64,000 nucleotides of DNA from Podarcis cretensis (taxonomy: Eukaryota), in contig OX638159.1 of NCBI GenBank assembly GCA_951804945.1, positions 38,812,001-38,876,000 on the forward strand, written 5' to 3'. Numbering within the stretch: the stretch's first letter is position 1; each line of letters starts with the position of its first letter. Below are positions 21,766 to 35,391 of the stretch, piece by piece. The notes below the pieces were generated by a model that was given only the letters and a program-made list of their open reading frames with translations, was not told the origin of the DNA and did not search any database. The position numbers were made by a program, and so were the translations under genes.

Positions 21766-24555
21766 TCCTAAATTGATTTTGGTTTTGTCCCAACTCTTTT
21801 CAGTCGCAGTCTCTTTGCTCCCTTTGCACAACTGAAGGACTTGTGTTTAAGGGAGACAATGAAAGACAATGAAGGAAGGAGAAACCAAAGATGCCACCAT
21901 GTTGTTTTTCAGATGACATAGACACAAACTAATGAAAATGCATCTCATTGCTGTTTCTTTTCTGGAATAAATTTGCTACCAGGTGTGGCAACACGGCGGT
22001 CTGAAATGGAATTCCAGCACAATCAAGTTTATTTATAAGTAACAGTGTCAGAATGACACTTGATCAGCACCAGCATCAAGCATGGGCATCACTGGGCACC
22101 TGCTAAGGTCCACACCACTGTGGAGGTGGGGACAAATGTCAACTCCCAGAGCCTCTTGGCCCTGCTGCTCCTACTCCCTAGCACTGCCTGCTGAGGAGAT
22201 CGGGAAGGGCTTTGCTTGACTTGCACTCTTCCTCTGGGTGTTTGTACAGATTGGGCCTAGAGGAAGGGAATGGGCATCAAGAACAGAAGTGAGGAGGAGG
22301 GTGAGGGCCCACTGCCAAACTCTTAGCCAGAGGTTCTCCACTACCTGGATCAGACATTGCCCTTGGCAAACAGGGAACAATGCCATTTGCAAAATCTGTC
22401 CAGGCACACTTTAATGAGGTATGAACTTTCCCAGGACAAAATCCAGAAGTGGCTGAGGCAAGAGAAAAGGGGGCCATGTATCCTTGGCTGCGCTCAGTAG
22501 AGCAAGGTGAGGTCTGCCAGAGCCCATTAAGCATGGCATCAAAAAGAGTTCACTTCAGCCCAGTGCCTTGGCCAGTTCAACAAGGGTCTGCTTCTACTAA
22601 CAGCAATTTCCCTGGTCCCACCATCAGGGCCTGGAGACTGTTTGTTGTGCCAGGAGCATGCATTACCTTGACACTGCAAGGGCATCATCCCAGCACTGCA
22701 GGGCATGTCTACCTATGCAAACATTTAGAAATGTAGAGCTATTTCTGGCAACACAATAGTCATTCCACATGGGGCAGAGCACCTATTATTCATTGAATGT
22801 AACTTGAAAACGATGAAGTGATTATTCCATGCTTGGCAGCAGCAGCTGATGCATTGTGGGAGAATGAAGGAAGCTTTGTCTAACATACTGTGTCAAAGGC
22901 TGTACTCTTTTTTTAAAAAAGTGCTTTATTTTCTAGCGCATTGGGAAGAAATGCTTGGCTTTGCATCCTACAGATTTGGGATTATTGCCATGTTTTCTAC
23001 TCAAGAGCAGAACCTTAGTTCTACTTGTTTCTTTGTCCCCCCACCCCCAACCAATGTCTCATAATTGTTTGAAATACATTCAAGGCCAGCGTGGTTATTC
23101 AGTTTAAGATTAACCCTCAGAGCACCATTAGGAATACTCTTGATCAGGGAAGACAGGCAGTAAGTAACCTCCTGACTCACCTCCCTTTGTAGCTCTGTGG
23201 TGGAACACATATTTGCAATCAGGAGTCCCAAGTTTAATAAATGGTATCTCCTAGTGGGACTGGAAAGAAGTCTTGCCTGAAACCCTAGGGAACCTGAGCC
23301 ACTGCCAGTCAGCTTAAGTACGTAGTACTGGGCAACAGTTTCTTACGGCATACAATGGGGAGGCATTTGAGAACCAGGCTGCCTATCTCAGCACCACTGT
23401 TACAACCTCAGCAAAACGAAGTGTAAGGTACAACTGAAATTGAGATAACGGGAATGGACACAAGGCAAAGGCGCAAAAGCCTGCCTCTCTTTTGCCTGTG
23501 CGAGATTTGGTTACCATCTGTCAAAGTGAAGTGTGGAAACCCACAAAAGTGATTGAGCAACGCATGACCCCATGATCATATTTTGTTCAGACGGATTATG
23601 CAGCTGTCTACAGCAGAAGCAGACAAGATCTCCAGAGCACTAAATGTCCCGAGCCAATGATGGATGAAGCAACTGAGCGAATGCAGGTGTGCCAACATCA
23701 GATACAGGCAAGCCAGAGGGTTAAGACAGAACAAATGAAACTGTTGTAGCACAACATTGGCTGTGTGCCTTCTGAAATGGTTTTGGATGCTGAGATATCT
23801 AACTAGAAACAGGGTGATAAGCAAAGCTATCAGATACCGAATGTTATATTTTCGTTAAAATGAGAGCCTGAGACATGGTAGGAACCATCAAAGGAAACAA
23901 CTCTGGGAAGTACCAGCCATTTTGATATCAATTGTTGCAAGAGTTGCACGTTGCTAAGTCAAATGTGGTGGTTCCCAGCTACACTTGGGATGTTTATGAA
24001 TGCATCAGATTCAGTGTTTGTGCAACAGGCCCATAGGTATGATATTGGCATATGCAGCAAATCTATTACTTGACTAGGAGAAGGGAGAGATGGGAGGAAA
24101 ATGGAAATTAGCATTTGCATTTACTTAGCAAAAGCGCTGTCTCGGCAGGAAGAAGTCTTGATTTAAAGCTTGTTGACTTTCTTTTTTTTTAACAACCCAT
24201 AAAGAAAGACTTACCAAATTAGACCAGCAGTCCATATCCTCTTTACAACAGCAGTCGATTCTGATTAAGTAAGTGCATCAGAGGGCAGGACACTAATGAA
24301 GCAATCCAATCCCTATTGAATCACTTCCATTTTACACCCAGGCAGTCCCTGAAGGCAACACCAGGGCCTTGCCTGTCTTCATTGAGACCAATTGATCATC
24401 CAAGCATTTGTGAGTTCAATTAGACCTTTAAGTAATTATCTTTTTAAGCCTGCCTCATCTTCATACAAATTAAAGAAGGGTTCTGCTGCTTGATATTCCC
24501 CATCAGGTGATGCAGCTCTTACCTGGCACTTGCTGCTGTCTGCAAGGCAGCAGGT

Positions 24556-24959
24556 AGGGATGGGGCAACCTGTCCATTTGCTTTCTCTCTAATTCTTCCA
24601 GTCTTATGTTCAGCTCTCCACATTTCCATATCAGTTTGATTTTTTATAATTAAAAAAATCTCATAAAAATTCACCAGCACTCTAGCGCGGATATCTCTTG
24701 ATATGCACTTTTGCCAAATGCACACATTTTTTGCAAAGCTTATTTTCCCACAAAATGGAATGGCATGTTACATTCACTAATATGTGCATCTTATGTGCAC
24801 TTTAGTATGTTCACATTACATGGCTGGAGAACTGCACTGCAGCATTTGAAGAAGTGCAAATTCCGAAGGATGTCTCAGTTCCACATGTTCTTCTGGGAAG
24901 TGCAGATCGGGTAGATCCAACTTTAAATGTGAACTTTATCCAATTTCTCCCCCATCCTG
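24556..24959. mobile_element. ~400-bp non-autonomous DNA element with TAGGGATG-type termini (family also at ~26826-27577, ~40860-41022, ~57319-57860)
   Basis: Shared internal motif GAACTGCACTGC..AATTC.GA.AAGTGC.AA and AGGGATGGGG / CCCCATCC ends. Confidence 0.6.
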
Positions 24960-25682
24960 AAGTGGGGGGTGGAAAGGGCTTTGCTGCCTCTGATCAGCCT
25001 CAGCAGCTACATAAAGAATTCAGATTTCAATAAGGGCAAAGAATAGCCGTAGTTCCTTAGATGCTAACCAATGACTTTCATAGAAACTGCTGGTAGTTCA
25101 AGCTGGTGAAAAACTGCTAAGCCAGGTAACCAGCAAGGTAACTTTAAAAGAAAAACCACAAGAAAAGGGCTTTTCAAATGAGACAAGCAGTCCATATCCT
25201 TGAGCCAGCTCCATTTCTATGCAGCAGTGGAGTGAATTCAAAGAGACCCCCTCTCCACCCAGCATTCCTATCTTAAGGTTAAAGCGAGAGCATTTTTGAC
25301 AACCCCACAGAGCTTGAATGCACGCTGGCTCTGATCTTTCACAAACTGTCTCCCCGCTTGCCCACCCTCCTCCCTGAGAGACTAAATTGGCTTCTCGTTC
25401 TCTGGGCTGTATGAAACCCAAAGCAACAACAGGAATACGATGTCTTGAAAGCTGCTCTACTTTTTGTGTTCCAAAAGAATATATGAAATGGCTGATGTGT
25501 TTTGAAGCGGAATCTTAGCTGCTAAATATTTCAGCACAACTTTCTGAACATGAGAAACAGAAAATGTCATAATCACAGGATGTAGCTCCACACAGTAGCG
25601 TACCATTTAAGACAAGAGTGCCTATAAGTTCATATACTTTTGCTAGAGAAAGACGTTTAAGAGATACATGTCCTTTCTACAC

Positions 25683-25835
25683 ATGGCGCTGTGGTCTAAA
25701 CCACCAAAACTCTTGGGCTTCCTGATCGGAAGGTCGGCGGTTCAAATCCGTGCAACGGGGTGAGCTCCCGTCACTCTGTCCCAGCTCTCGCCAACCTAGC
25801 AGTTTGAAAGCACGAGTAGATAAATAGGTACTGCT
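25683..25835 (+). mobile_element. Sauria SINE 5' half
   Basis: GGCGCTGTGG A-box, GGTTCAAATCC B-box, CCAACCTAGCAGTT, GTAGATAAATAGGTAC. Confidence 0.85.
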
Positions 25836-26928
25836 AAACTTATCAAGTTCCTTCAACTTTTTCCATATGTTTTTCCCCCTATATCTCTATCTTTGTTGCC
25901 CTTCTCTGTGGTGGTGGTTAGAGCCTCATTCACCATAGTTTAGCAGTATTTCCAAACAAGGTCACACACACAAACTACTTTTCCTTAAACTAAATTCTGT
26001 GATCAAGTTTATATCAGTTAATATATTTTCTCCCATTGCACATTAACATAAAAGGGAAAACAATTTAAAAAACAACAACCTGAAACCTAAACATTTTCTC
26101 AATTAGCATGGTGCAGTTGGAATTATTGGCTTGTGAGCTCTCCTATAGGATGTCTTAATTCCACAAGGATGCACCCATATTGCTTGGCATGCTCTGTTCA
26201 GTTTTCATTAGGTTCACATTCAATGAGATAATGACATTCATTAAGCCAGAGAAAATAAATAGAGGCAGAACAAGGCATCCTTGCTCCGCAGAGTAGGAGT
26301 GAAATTCATGGGATTGTTTCTGTAAAGCTCAGGCCAAACCTACTCAATGACATTTTGAAAAACCTGCTTTTCAAAGGCTCTTCCGCCCTCTTCATTTCAT
26401 TTGCCAGTGTGACAGCTATTGTCAAGAGAAAGGGGTCCCTCTCTTCCCATCTCTTGCATCATGGTACATAGGGGCACCATTTCAGATTTCAGTGGGAGAG
26501 AGGGAGCAGTTCATTAGATCCAAAGGTACAAAGGGATGTCTACATTCCAGGTCAGCCTCAGGTGGGAACAAGGGCAGAGAAGCAACGTATTCACAACATT
26601 TCAGAGCATCTTATTTTATACATCACAGAAATTATAGCAATGTCTTCAACACAGAACAAACACATGCTATTGAAGCAATGAGATTTGTTTTAGCCCTCTT
26701 TATGTGTATCTGTTATCTGGTGTAGAAATGAGTGCACATGGATTTGGCTTGGTGGTGCCATGACAGCAGGTGCTGTCCAAATCTACCTGCCTGAAATTAA
26801 CCTACATGTTTAAGCACCTCACCATTGGGGATGAACGAATCTGTTGATTTTGAATTCTCTCTGTTTCTCACCCCCCCCCCAATCTTAAGGGCAGTTGGCC
26901 CCATTTCGACATATCTTATTATTATTAA

Positions 26929-27281
26929 GGGTAAAGGTACCCCTGCCTGTACGGGCCAGTCTTGCCAGACTCTAGGGTTGTGCGCTCATCTCACTCTATA
27001 GGCCGGGAGCCAGCACTGTCCGCAGACACTTCTGGGTCACGTGGCCAGCGTGACAAGCTGCATCTGGCGAGCCAGCACAGCACATGGAACGCCGTTTACG
27101 TTCCCGCTGGTAAGCGGTCCCTATTTATCTACTTGCACCCAGGGGTGCTTTCGAACTGCTAGATTGGCAGGCGCTGGGACCGAATGATGGGAGCGCACCC
27201 CGCCACGGGGATTCGAACCGCCGACCATGTGATCAGCAAGTCCTAGGAGCTGGGTTTTACCCACAGTGCCACTCGCGTCCC
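26929..27281 (-). mobile_element. Sauria SINE, full length, divergent subfamily
   Basis: GGGACGCG 5' end on the minus strand, ACCTTT tail, TSD CTTATTATTATTAA at 26915-26928 and 27281-27294. Confidence 0.92.
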
Positions 27282-27736
27282 TTATTATTATTAATAACAG
27301 TAATAAAAGTCCATAGGGAAATTTGTATTACATACATAATTTGTGTGCACGTTTGCCTAGTGTAAGCCTTTTTGCAAGCAATTCCCCCCAAATAAAACAC
27401 ACTTGTAGACATTATTTTCACCAATATACAATACACATTATTAGGTTCAAGAACGGCATTGCAAATTCAAAAAAGTGCAAATTCCCCAGGAAAGCTGTGT
27501 TGCAGTTTGCATATCATTTCAGGAACTGAATTTGGATGGTCACATTAAAATATGAAACATATTTCTCTGTCTCCCTACCCTCCATGAAATGGGGGAGATA
27601 GAAGGCAGCATGCATTACTTCAAAACATGGCGTCAGCCCTGCTGTGTTCTGCTGAGCAGGGAGAGCCCTGGACTTCTGCTACAAAGTCCTGATTTGGAGA
27701 TACCACTGACCACAAGATTTTCAGCATGTATGATGA

Positions 27737-27962
27737 CAGTGGTACCTCAGGTTACAGACGCTTCAGGTTACAGACTCCGCTGACCCAGAAATAGTACCTC
27801 GGGTTAAGAACTTTGCTTCAGGATGAGAACAGAAATAGTGCAGCGGCGGTGTGGCAGCAGCGGGAGGCCCCATTAGCTAAAGTGGTGTCTCAGGTTAAGA
27901 ACAGTTTCACGTTAAGAATGGACCTCCAGAATGAATTAAGTTCTTAATCTGAGGTACCACTG
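27737..27962. mobile_element. Tc1/mariner (Tigger-like) MITE
   Basis: TIRs CAGTGGTACCTCAGGTTA / TAATCTGAGGTACCACTG; TA at the right flank. Confidence 0.85.
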
Positions 27963-30900
27963 TACTTAAGAATAGAGATGCCAATGAAACTGATTCACCC
28001 AGAGCTCAGAAATGGAAGCTTGCAATGTGGTGGCCCTTGGGAAAACTACAGGAAGAGAGGGAGCCACTTCCCTCCTCTTCCTTTTCTTGGGCAGACTGTT
28101 GCTGTCAGTAGGGTCTAAGGGAGTCAGAGAGAGGGTTTGGAGAATCAGGGGTTTGGATTTGTCGTATCGTGAAGGATTTGAGATATCCTGATGTCATATT
28201 CAGAGCTGGCATGAAGCTAAGTTGAACTATTCCATTTTGGGGGGTGGGGCATGGGTCAATCTATTTCTGAGCCCAAGCTGACATGAGCCATGGGGATACT
28301 AACCATCACTATTCAGGGTGGAGGAGAATAACCTGCCGCTGCGAGGTCTCTGCATTCAACCTTTAGTCTAATTTAATGTGAATGGGAAGGAGGGATGAAA
28401 CAGGGGAAAGGGGGGGGAATGTGGCAGAAAGAGAGGAAAGGGTGTGGTCCAAGCCACCTTTGGCTCCGGTCCCACCCATTTTTTTACTCCAGGTGTCACT
28501 CCCACTAATATGTGGCCTCCAGCTGATTACTCTCAAGGGAATGTGGCCCTCAACAAGAGTGTTGCTCACTCATGAATTAGGATACGGACCCATTTCATTG
28601 TTATTCCCTCAGTTTTTGAGTACAGAAACTGTACTCAAAGTGGCTAGCCAAGGCTGAAGATACATGAGATTACCATCTTGAAGAAGCTAAGCAGGTCTGG
28701 ATGGAAGACTTTCTGGGAACCCTGTGTGGGCCGCCTTGGCTTCCATGATGGGACAACAGTGTAAAGAAATGTAAAGAGGGGGAAAATGCAAATAAAGCCA
28801 ACAGCAAATAATTAAAATACATAATTGGCTATTGAAATAATCAAAAATATTGTGAAAGGATGCAGTATTTAATTAAAAGCACATTGGATTAAGTATGTGG
28901 AACCAGATCAGAGATATAGGTGCCCATGATGAAGAATAATGCCACAGGGTATAGAACGACAGAGCAAGGGGTGACAATCTTAGATGGCCTTAAAATTATA
29001 CAAATTCTCATTGTGGTGACCATGTTGCTGCTGGAGGGGCATGGCTAGCGAGCGGGCAGCCTCCTGCCACCCCTTGCATTCAAAAAACACACAGGGAGGG
29101 AGGTTTTATCCCTCCCTCCTTGTATCCTGCCCCCCTCACCCATTTCTCTGTGTGTAAAGTCTCAAACATTTTTGTGGAGCACATCATGGAAATTTCTATA
29201 TTCCAGCTTGCTCCTACTTGTAGGGCACAGTTGACTGTCTTTGTGCTTTAATGCAGTTCTCAAGCAGGTTCTCATTTCCCACAGGGGGGAAAGAGTTCAG
29301 AACATTACCATTAGCGTGCAAACAAAAATAGTAGTTTGATGAACAAGCTTTCATATCCTCAAAGTACTCATTTAGCCAAGTAGTTATGCTTTTACCCCCA
29401 CAGCAGAATGGCCATGGACCAAGGTGGGGGGAGAGAATGAATACAGTGCAATGCTAATAAAATGCACAGTACAGTCTCTGGCAAACTGGTCATTAAGTGT
29501 TCTGGACTCCATATAGGTATTGCTGAACTGGGATGCTGATTCCCTTCCCAGGAAAACGTACCCCATCCGTCTGTATGAATGGCAGAATAGTGAGCTCTGC
29601 TGACTAAGGCAAAGAAAAATGGCAAATATATTATTTTTCAATAACACCAATACTACAGTAATGACAGACCTCACAGAGAACTTTGAAAATGACACCAATA
29701 AAGACAAGGCTCAGGGAAGAAGCTGTTAGCCTATGTAGTCCATACAGCTAGGGCAATATCAGTCCCATTACTTCCCAAGGTAAAAGCTGAACTAGAGAGG
29801 AAGGTTTGATGTCAGGTTCTAGAACTAGAAATGTGCCCCACTGCTGACACCATGTTGAAAGAAAGCCAGAGTCTGCAGGAGATCAACAATAACTCTATTA
29901 GAGCTGTTGAACAGTCACTCTTAGTTAATAAAGCCACTCTGTAACAGACCTAACAAATCACAAATGCAGACCTCACTTATAAGGGCCAGTCCAAGACATA
30001 TTGGTACCTGAGGCGAACCACAAAACACACTCCTCCCTGCCACGCAACCCAGCAAGGACATTTTCCACATTTGTACAGGACCAGCTGTACACTCACCAGC
30101 AATGATGCTGAAGAGGAAGAAGATGAAATCTTTGAATTTCTACAGCACCTGGTAGCAATGAGTATAAATAGAGAGGAATATTCCCATATTTACACAGCAC
30201 CAAGCACTCACCAGTCCCCAGCCATCAAGACCAATGGTCAGGGATGACATGACACTGAAGAGCCAATGTGGTGTAGTGGTCTCCTCTAGGAGACCAAAGT
30301 TCAAATCTTCATCCATTTTTTTACTCCAGGCACTCATTTAGGATACCCAATGCCCCTTCTAGAGCAACTAAAACAGAAAAGCAGTTGAGTAACAACCACA
30401 TGTTGATGACAAATGTCCAGGCCAATTTTAAGACCAACAGCCCCACATGAGAGGCCTGCTCATATCCAGCTATGTAAGCAGGTAGATTAAGTAACTGGGC
30501 ATCCTCCCAGATGGCTCATTTCCACAGCAGTGCATAATGGAAACCCTTCACACAAAAAATGATAATAAGATTAACCTCTGGAAAGACATGACTCAGTAAA
30601 CCTCAGCATTTGCTTGAAGGTGTCTGAGAGAAACCAGAAGTCCATACAATGCATAAGTCAAACAAACCACAATTATAGATCAAGAGGCACATCCAGGTGG
30701 GTTGTTAAAACTAAACAAAACAAAAACACACCTATTGGCACCGGCTTACTACAGAGGGACTGTTAGGCGGCACATTATCTCTAAACAAGAGATGATGCAA
30801 TTGCATGGTCAGTTACAGTGATTGCTAGACTCAGCTCCTGTGTAGTTGAGGTGAAAGCAATCTGTAATCAGAGGAGAGCCTCCTAGTTCATCACATTAGT

Positions 30901-32650
30901 CAGCAGTCCTGATCTGGGAGCTTCTGTGGAGCTGGTAGAGTAGTATTATTTTGTCCAGGTTACCTTGGCTGGTCTCCTTGCAGTTCTATTATCTGGTCTG
31001 AGAAAAATGGTGACGCACAGAATCTCTGCCTGCAATCCTTGGCCACCAGCTCAAGAACTTCTATCAACTTGGGTCCTTCCACTAATGACAGCCCCAAAGG
31101 TAGCATAAACTTTAGGCACTCCCTGACACCTTATTCTCCACTTCAGATTTGCCACAGTGATCAACGAGGTGTTCCTGAGCATGTATGTGAGAAGTGCTTC
31201 ATAGACAGATTCTCCAGGAAAGCAGGGAAAGGTAACAGTGGAGAAAGCAAAGCCCTTTGCAGACTTGGTGACCAATTTAGCCTGGCATCTGGTGTGCAAA
31301 TGTGGTCTGGGTCCTGCTTGATCTCCTTAATGCAGCATGATCCTCAATTATCTCTCTTGACACCTAACAAGCACACACACATCCTTCCAAAGCATCTCTG
31401 CAGTCTTGCCCTCTTAATCCCCTTATTCCGGGCTGTTTGCTGAGCTTCTGTGAATGACTCACAGATGTGGCTTCTCTCAGTACCGCTATCTTCGTCATGT
31501 AATCATAACAATCACTCTCCCGTTGTGAGTAAGGCCTGGAAATAGCATAATCCCCACCCATTTGACTTTCAATAAAATCCACACATGCTTTTAATCTGTG
31601 GTATTATTTGTCATCAGGAAATTAAATGCTGTATTAATTCTAATCTCCAGTGCAATTGAAAAGACCATCACAGACAGTCTTAATGTGTTCTGTGGCTTCA
31701 ACTGAGGACAGAAGTGTGGCATTTGGTCCCTGGAGAAAGTGGATGGATCCTGGCCCGTTGGAGGGTGTGTGTGTGCTTTATATTTCAGTGCTAAAAGCTA
31801 CATGAATATGCCACATCACATGAGGTGACAGGACACACTTAGGTTTTAATGTAAACAATGTTGCTTTCTCCTCTATTCTTCTAGTATTTATCGGCCTGTC
31901 AATTCTGCTTGCTAACAAGCTATGTGTGACAGGAAATTTTGCCCAGCAACAGAAGCTTGTTTAATATTCAGGTTCCCAATGTTGTACCTGTTGTCACCAT
32001 AGCATCCTCAGCCACCTTCTTTGGTGCCTGCAAAGACCTCCTGGCCCTCCCTATATATTTTTAAAGAGGTGGGGTTGCTGATGTTTGTTGTTGTTTGGTT
32101 GTGGGAAGTGTTGCCTCTTTTTTTGTCTGTGCTCCATCAGTTTGATGTATGTGTAGATCCTCAGCATCACTATTTTGCTTTTCTTTTGTGAAATGAATGT
32201 TTCCTCGTGCTTTCTGGAAGTTTCTTAGATTTTCAAATGTGCCCCCTCTGCCGGCCCAAAAAGATTGAGGACCTCTGGTGGAACCCAATATACCGTATCA
32301 ACTTAAATACTCATGAAGCTAACCCCCCCAAAAAAACCCTATTTATGCTACACCTGCATGAAGAAAGGGCAGAACTGTTTTGCCTGGTATATAGTAAGCT
32401 TGCAGGATGTAAGAATGTGCTACATGTATGTTATAAGCACAATATTTGGCATTTATATGGTGCTTTTGTAGTGCTCAAAGTGTTTTCATATGCTTGAGTC
32501 TGTGGTGTTTAAACCAAGAGAACCTGACAAAACCAGGATTTAAACAATGGTTTGAAGCCAGTTTGCAAATCTCAAAAGGTAATAGAACAATAAATGTTTT
32601 GCCTGTACCTCTGAAACACAAGCCATGCTGTGGACGTATTATTAGCACAA

Positions 32651-32706
32651 ACTGCACTTTGGTGTTATGTCTGAACTAACTGCACTTTGGTGTTATGTCT
32701 GAACTA
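32651..32706 (+). repeat. Perfect 28-bp tandem duplication
   Basis: ACTGCACTTTGGTGTTATGTCTGAACTA x2. Confidence 0.95.
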
Positions 32707-33454
32707 ACTCAGTATCTGTGACTGTAATCCTTACACAGTCCTATATGATAGATCAATTTGAACTCTCCTCCATCTGGTGTTTGGGGATAATGAGGCTGAG
32801 TGCTAGAGGTTTGGCATCTGTCTGTCTCGGGAGACATTTGAAGAGTGCAGTTTCAGGGGTGAAGTCAACATGTTGGAGAGTTACAACACCTGCTGTGACT
32901 GTAGAGACTGATACGTGAAATACATGTTGCAGGTGGGGCAGGTGAAGGGATATAGTTTTGCTGCTACAGGCGCACCTTGGCATTTTCTCTCTCTGCACTC
33001 CTCCCGGCGGTCATTCCTCCTCTGGTCACTTCTGTGGATACACAAGCTGCAAGGGATTTCCATATGATGAGGTTAATGTTGCCAGCCGTCATGTGACATT
33101 TGCAGAGGTGGTCTGCCCAAAGGCCTGGTGCCTGAAGTCAGCTTCCTATAGAGCACGTCCTTGAGGATCCTGCCATCTTCTATTCTGGGTACATGACCAA
33201 GCCAGAGTAGACATCGCTGAGACATCACATGTGAACATGCTGGGAATGTGGGCTTGGAAGAGCACATCTTCATTTGAGACTCTGTCCTGCCATGTGATAC
33301 CCTATCTGATGCGGCTCACATGGAAGGCATTGAGGCACCATTCCTGGCGGATGTAAATTGTCCACAACTCACTTCTGTAAAGCAGCGTGCTCAACATGTA
33401 AGCCTGATAGACCTTGTGTTTGGTTGTTAGCATCACATGCTCCTAAACCCTTTC

Positions 33455-33545
33455 GGTATCTGAATAAGTGTGCATGCACACGAAAGCTCATACCAATAAC
33501 AAACTTAGTTGGTCTCTATGGTGCTACTGGAAGGATTTTTATTAT
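33455..33545 (+). mobile_element. Older Penelope-like pLTR fragment with mutated hammerhead (CTGAATA)
   Basis: Aligns to 494-580 with several substitutions. Confidence 0.8.
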
Positions 33546-33600
33546 TATTATTTTATTCCTTTCAGAGAGGTGAACCATTGCCATAGCTGTCTTGCCAATA

Positions 33601-33850
33601 TAATGGTACCTTGGTTTACAAGCTTAATCCATTCCAGAAGTCTGTTCTTAAAACAAAGCGTTCTTAAACCAAGGCGTGGTTTCAAATAGCAGTGGGGGAC
33701 TCAATTCACAATGGAACACACTCAACCAGAAGCAAAACATGTTCTGCTTCCAAGGCAAAGTTCACAAACCAAAATGCCTACTTCTGGGTTTGCAGCATTC
33801 TTAATCCAAGTTGTTCATAAACTAAGCTGTTCTTAAACAAGATACCACTG
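33601..33850. mobile_element. Tc1/mariner (Tigger-like) MITE
   Basis: Degenerate TIRs TAATGGTACCTTGG / CAAGATACCACTG with TA on both sides. Confidence 0.75.
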
Positions 33851-35096
33851 TATGCTTATCTGGCTCAGCATCAATGGAACAGTTGGTGGAGCCCAGATAG
33901 ACAAAATTATCTACCACCTCAAGCATGTGTTCACCAATACTGATACACGGAGTGTTGACGATGCCCTGACCCAAGATGTTGGTCTTTGTCAGCCTGATGG
34001 TGAGGCCGAAGTTCATGCAGGCTTGGGTGGGCAAATTGGTTGATGAATCTCTGTAGAGCTTCCTCAAAGTGTCAAGGCTGCATCATCTGCAAAAAAGATT
34101 AATTGGATAAGGACCCACCACACTTCTGAAATGGCATGGAGACGTTGAACAGACTCCCTTCGCTCCTTGAATGGAAGTACAAACCACCTTCAGTTGAACT
34201 GAAGGCATAGGAGAGCAACAGACATATTGTAATTATAGACTTGTTATAATTTATATTAAATCAAAAGTCTGGAATGTATTGCTGATTCTCTGACCCCCCC
34301 CCCCTTTTGGTTCTGCTTTGATAGCTCATACTTGTATTCTGTGGTGATTTTGTTTATGCTTGATTTTGCATTAAAATAAATAAAATAAAATAAAATAAAT
34401 GAAGGGAAAGAAAATGTCTAGCAGTTCTTTAGAAAGAAGGACATTTTACTGAGAGGCAGAGTCTTAATCCCAGAGATATCTTTTTGGTTTACCCAAGGGT
34501 TTCCGTTCATCTTGAAATAAAAATTTAATTGAGGCAATTATGCATTGTGCAAAAAGTATTTCCTTTTGCTGCTTATGAACTTGCTGCTATTTACTTCTAA
34601 GGAAAAGAGACATGTTTCTGCTTATATTCCACCAACTGGAGAAGCCACAGCTTCCCACTGCAAGGGCCTTATTTTCCTTAATCAGAATCACATGCTATAT
34701 GTTGCAATTTTGTATTTGCTATATAGCTTTCTTACTCAACACTTCATTTTGCTGCATAAGCATTCAGCTGCTTGCTGAAATGACAGCTAGTGAATGAAAA
34801 AGGATGCTTTAAGCAGGATTCTGTCAAAGGCAGAGCCATAACAGAAAGGAAAAATTGCAAGGGGAAATCAGGATTGAAATTTCAGAAAAAAACAAGATTC
34901 ATCACAGTCAGGGAAGGGTAATGCATGCCAAAACTTTAGCATGTGCGCAGTTTGTGTCTATGGTATATGGAACTATTGTAGTTTGCTCTTAGTCTCTGAC
35001 CACATAGACCATATACATCAGTGAGACTGCTTCATAACTGAATAGACAACACTGAAATTAACATGGCTTACATTCATGTTGGCATATGTAGGGTTA

Positions 35097-35391
35097 CAGG
35101 TCGGCGGTTCGAATCCCCATGACTGGGTGAGCTCCCATTGCTCGGTCACTGCTCCTGCCAACCTAGCAGTTTGAAAGCACGTCAAAGTGCAAGTAGATAA
35201 ATAGGGAAGGTGGGAAGGTAAACGGTGTTTCCGTGTGCTGCTCTGGTTTGCCAGAAGCCGCTTAGTCATGCTGGCCACATGACCTGGAAGCTGTACGCCG
35301 GCTCCCTTGGCCAATCAAGCGAGACGAGCTTTACAACCCCAGAGTCGGCCACGACTGGACCTAATGGTCAGGGGTCCCTTTACCTTTACCT
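35097..35391 (+). mobile_element. Sauria SINE, 5'-truncated
   Basis: GGTTCGAATCCC B-box, conserved core, CCTTTACCTTTACC tail. Confidence 0.9.

Larger units (their letters stand above)
32870..34220 (-). mobile_element. Old RTE-clade LINE fragment (not Bov-B), interrupted by two insertions
   Basis: Minus-strand peptides LFADDAA (~34080), FGLTI...LEVVDNFVYLGST (33822-34067) and WLGHVPRIEDGRILKDVLY...GTRPLGRP (33073-33273). Confidence 0.85.

Noticed and set aside
32651-32706. 28-bp direct repeat as a CRISPR-like array
   Set aside because: Two adjacent units with no spacer in a eukaryotic genome; a simple tandem duplication.
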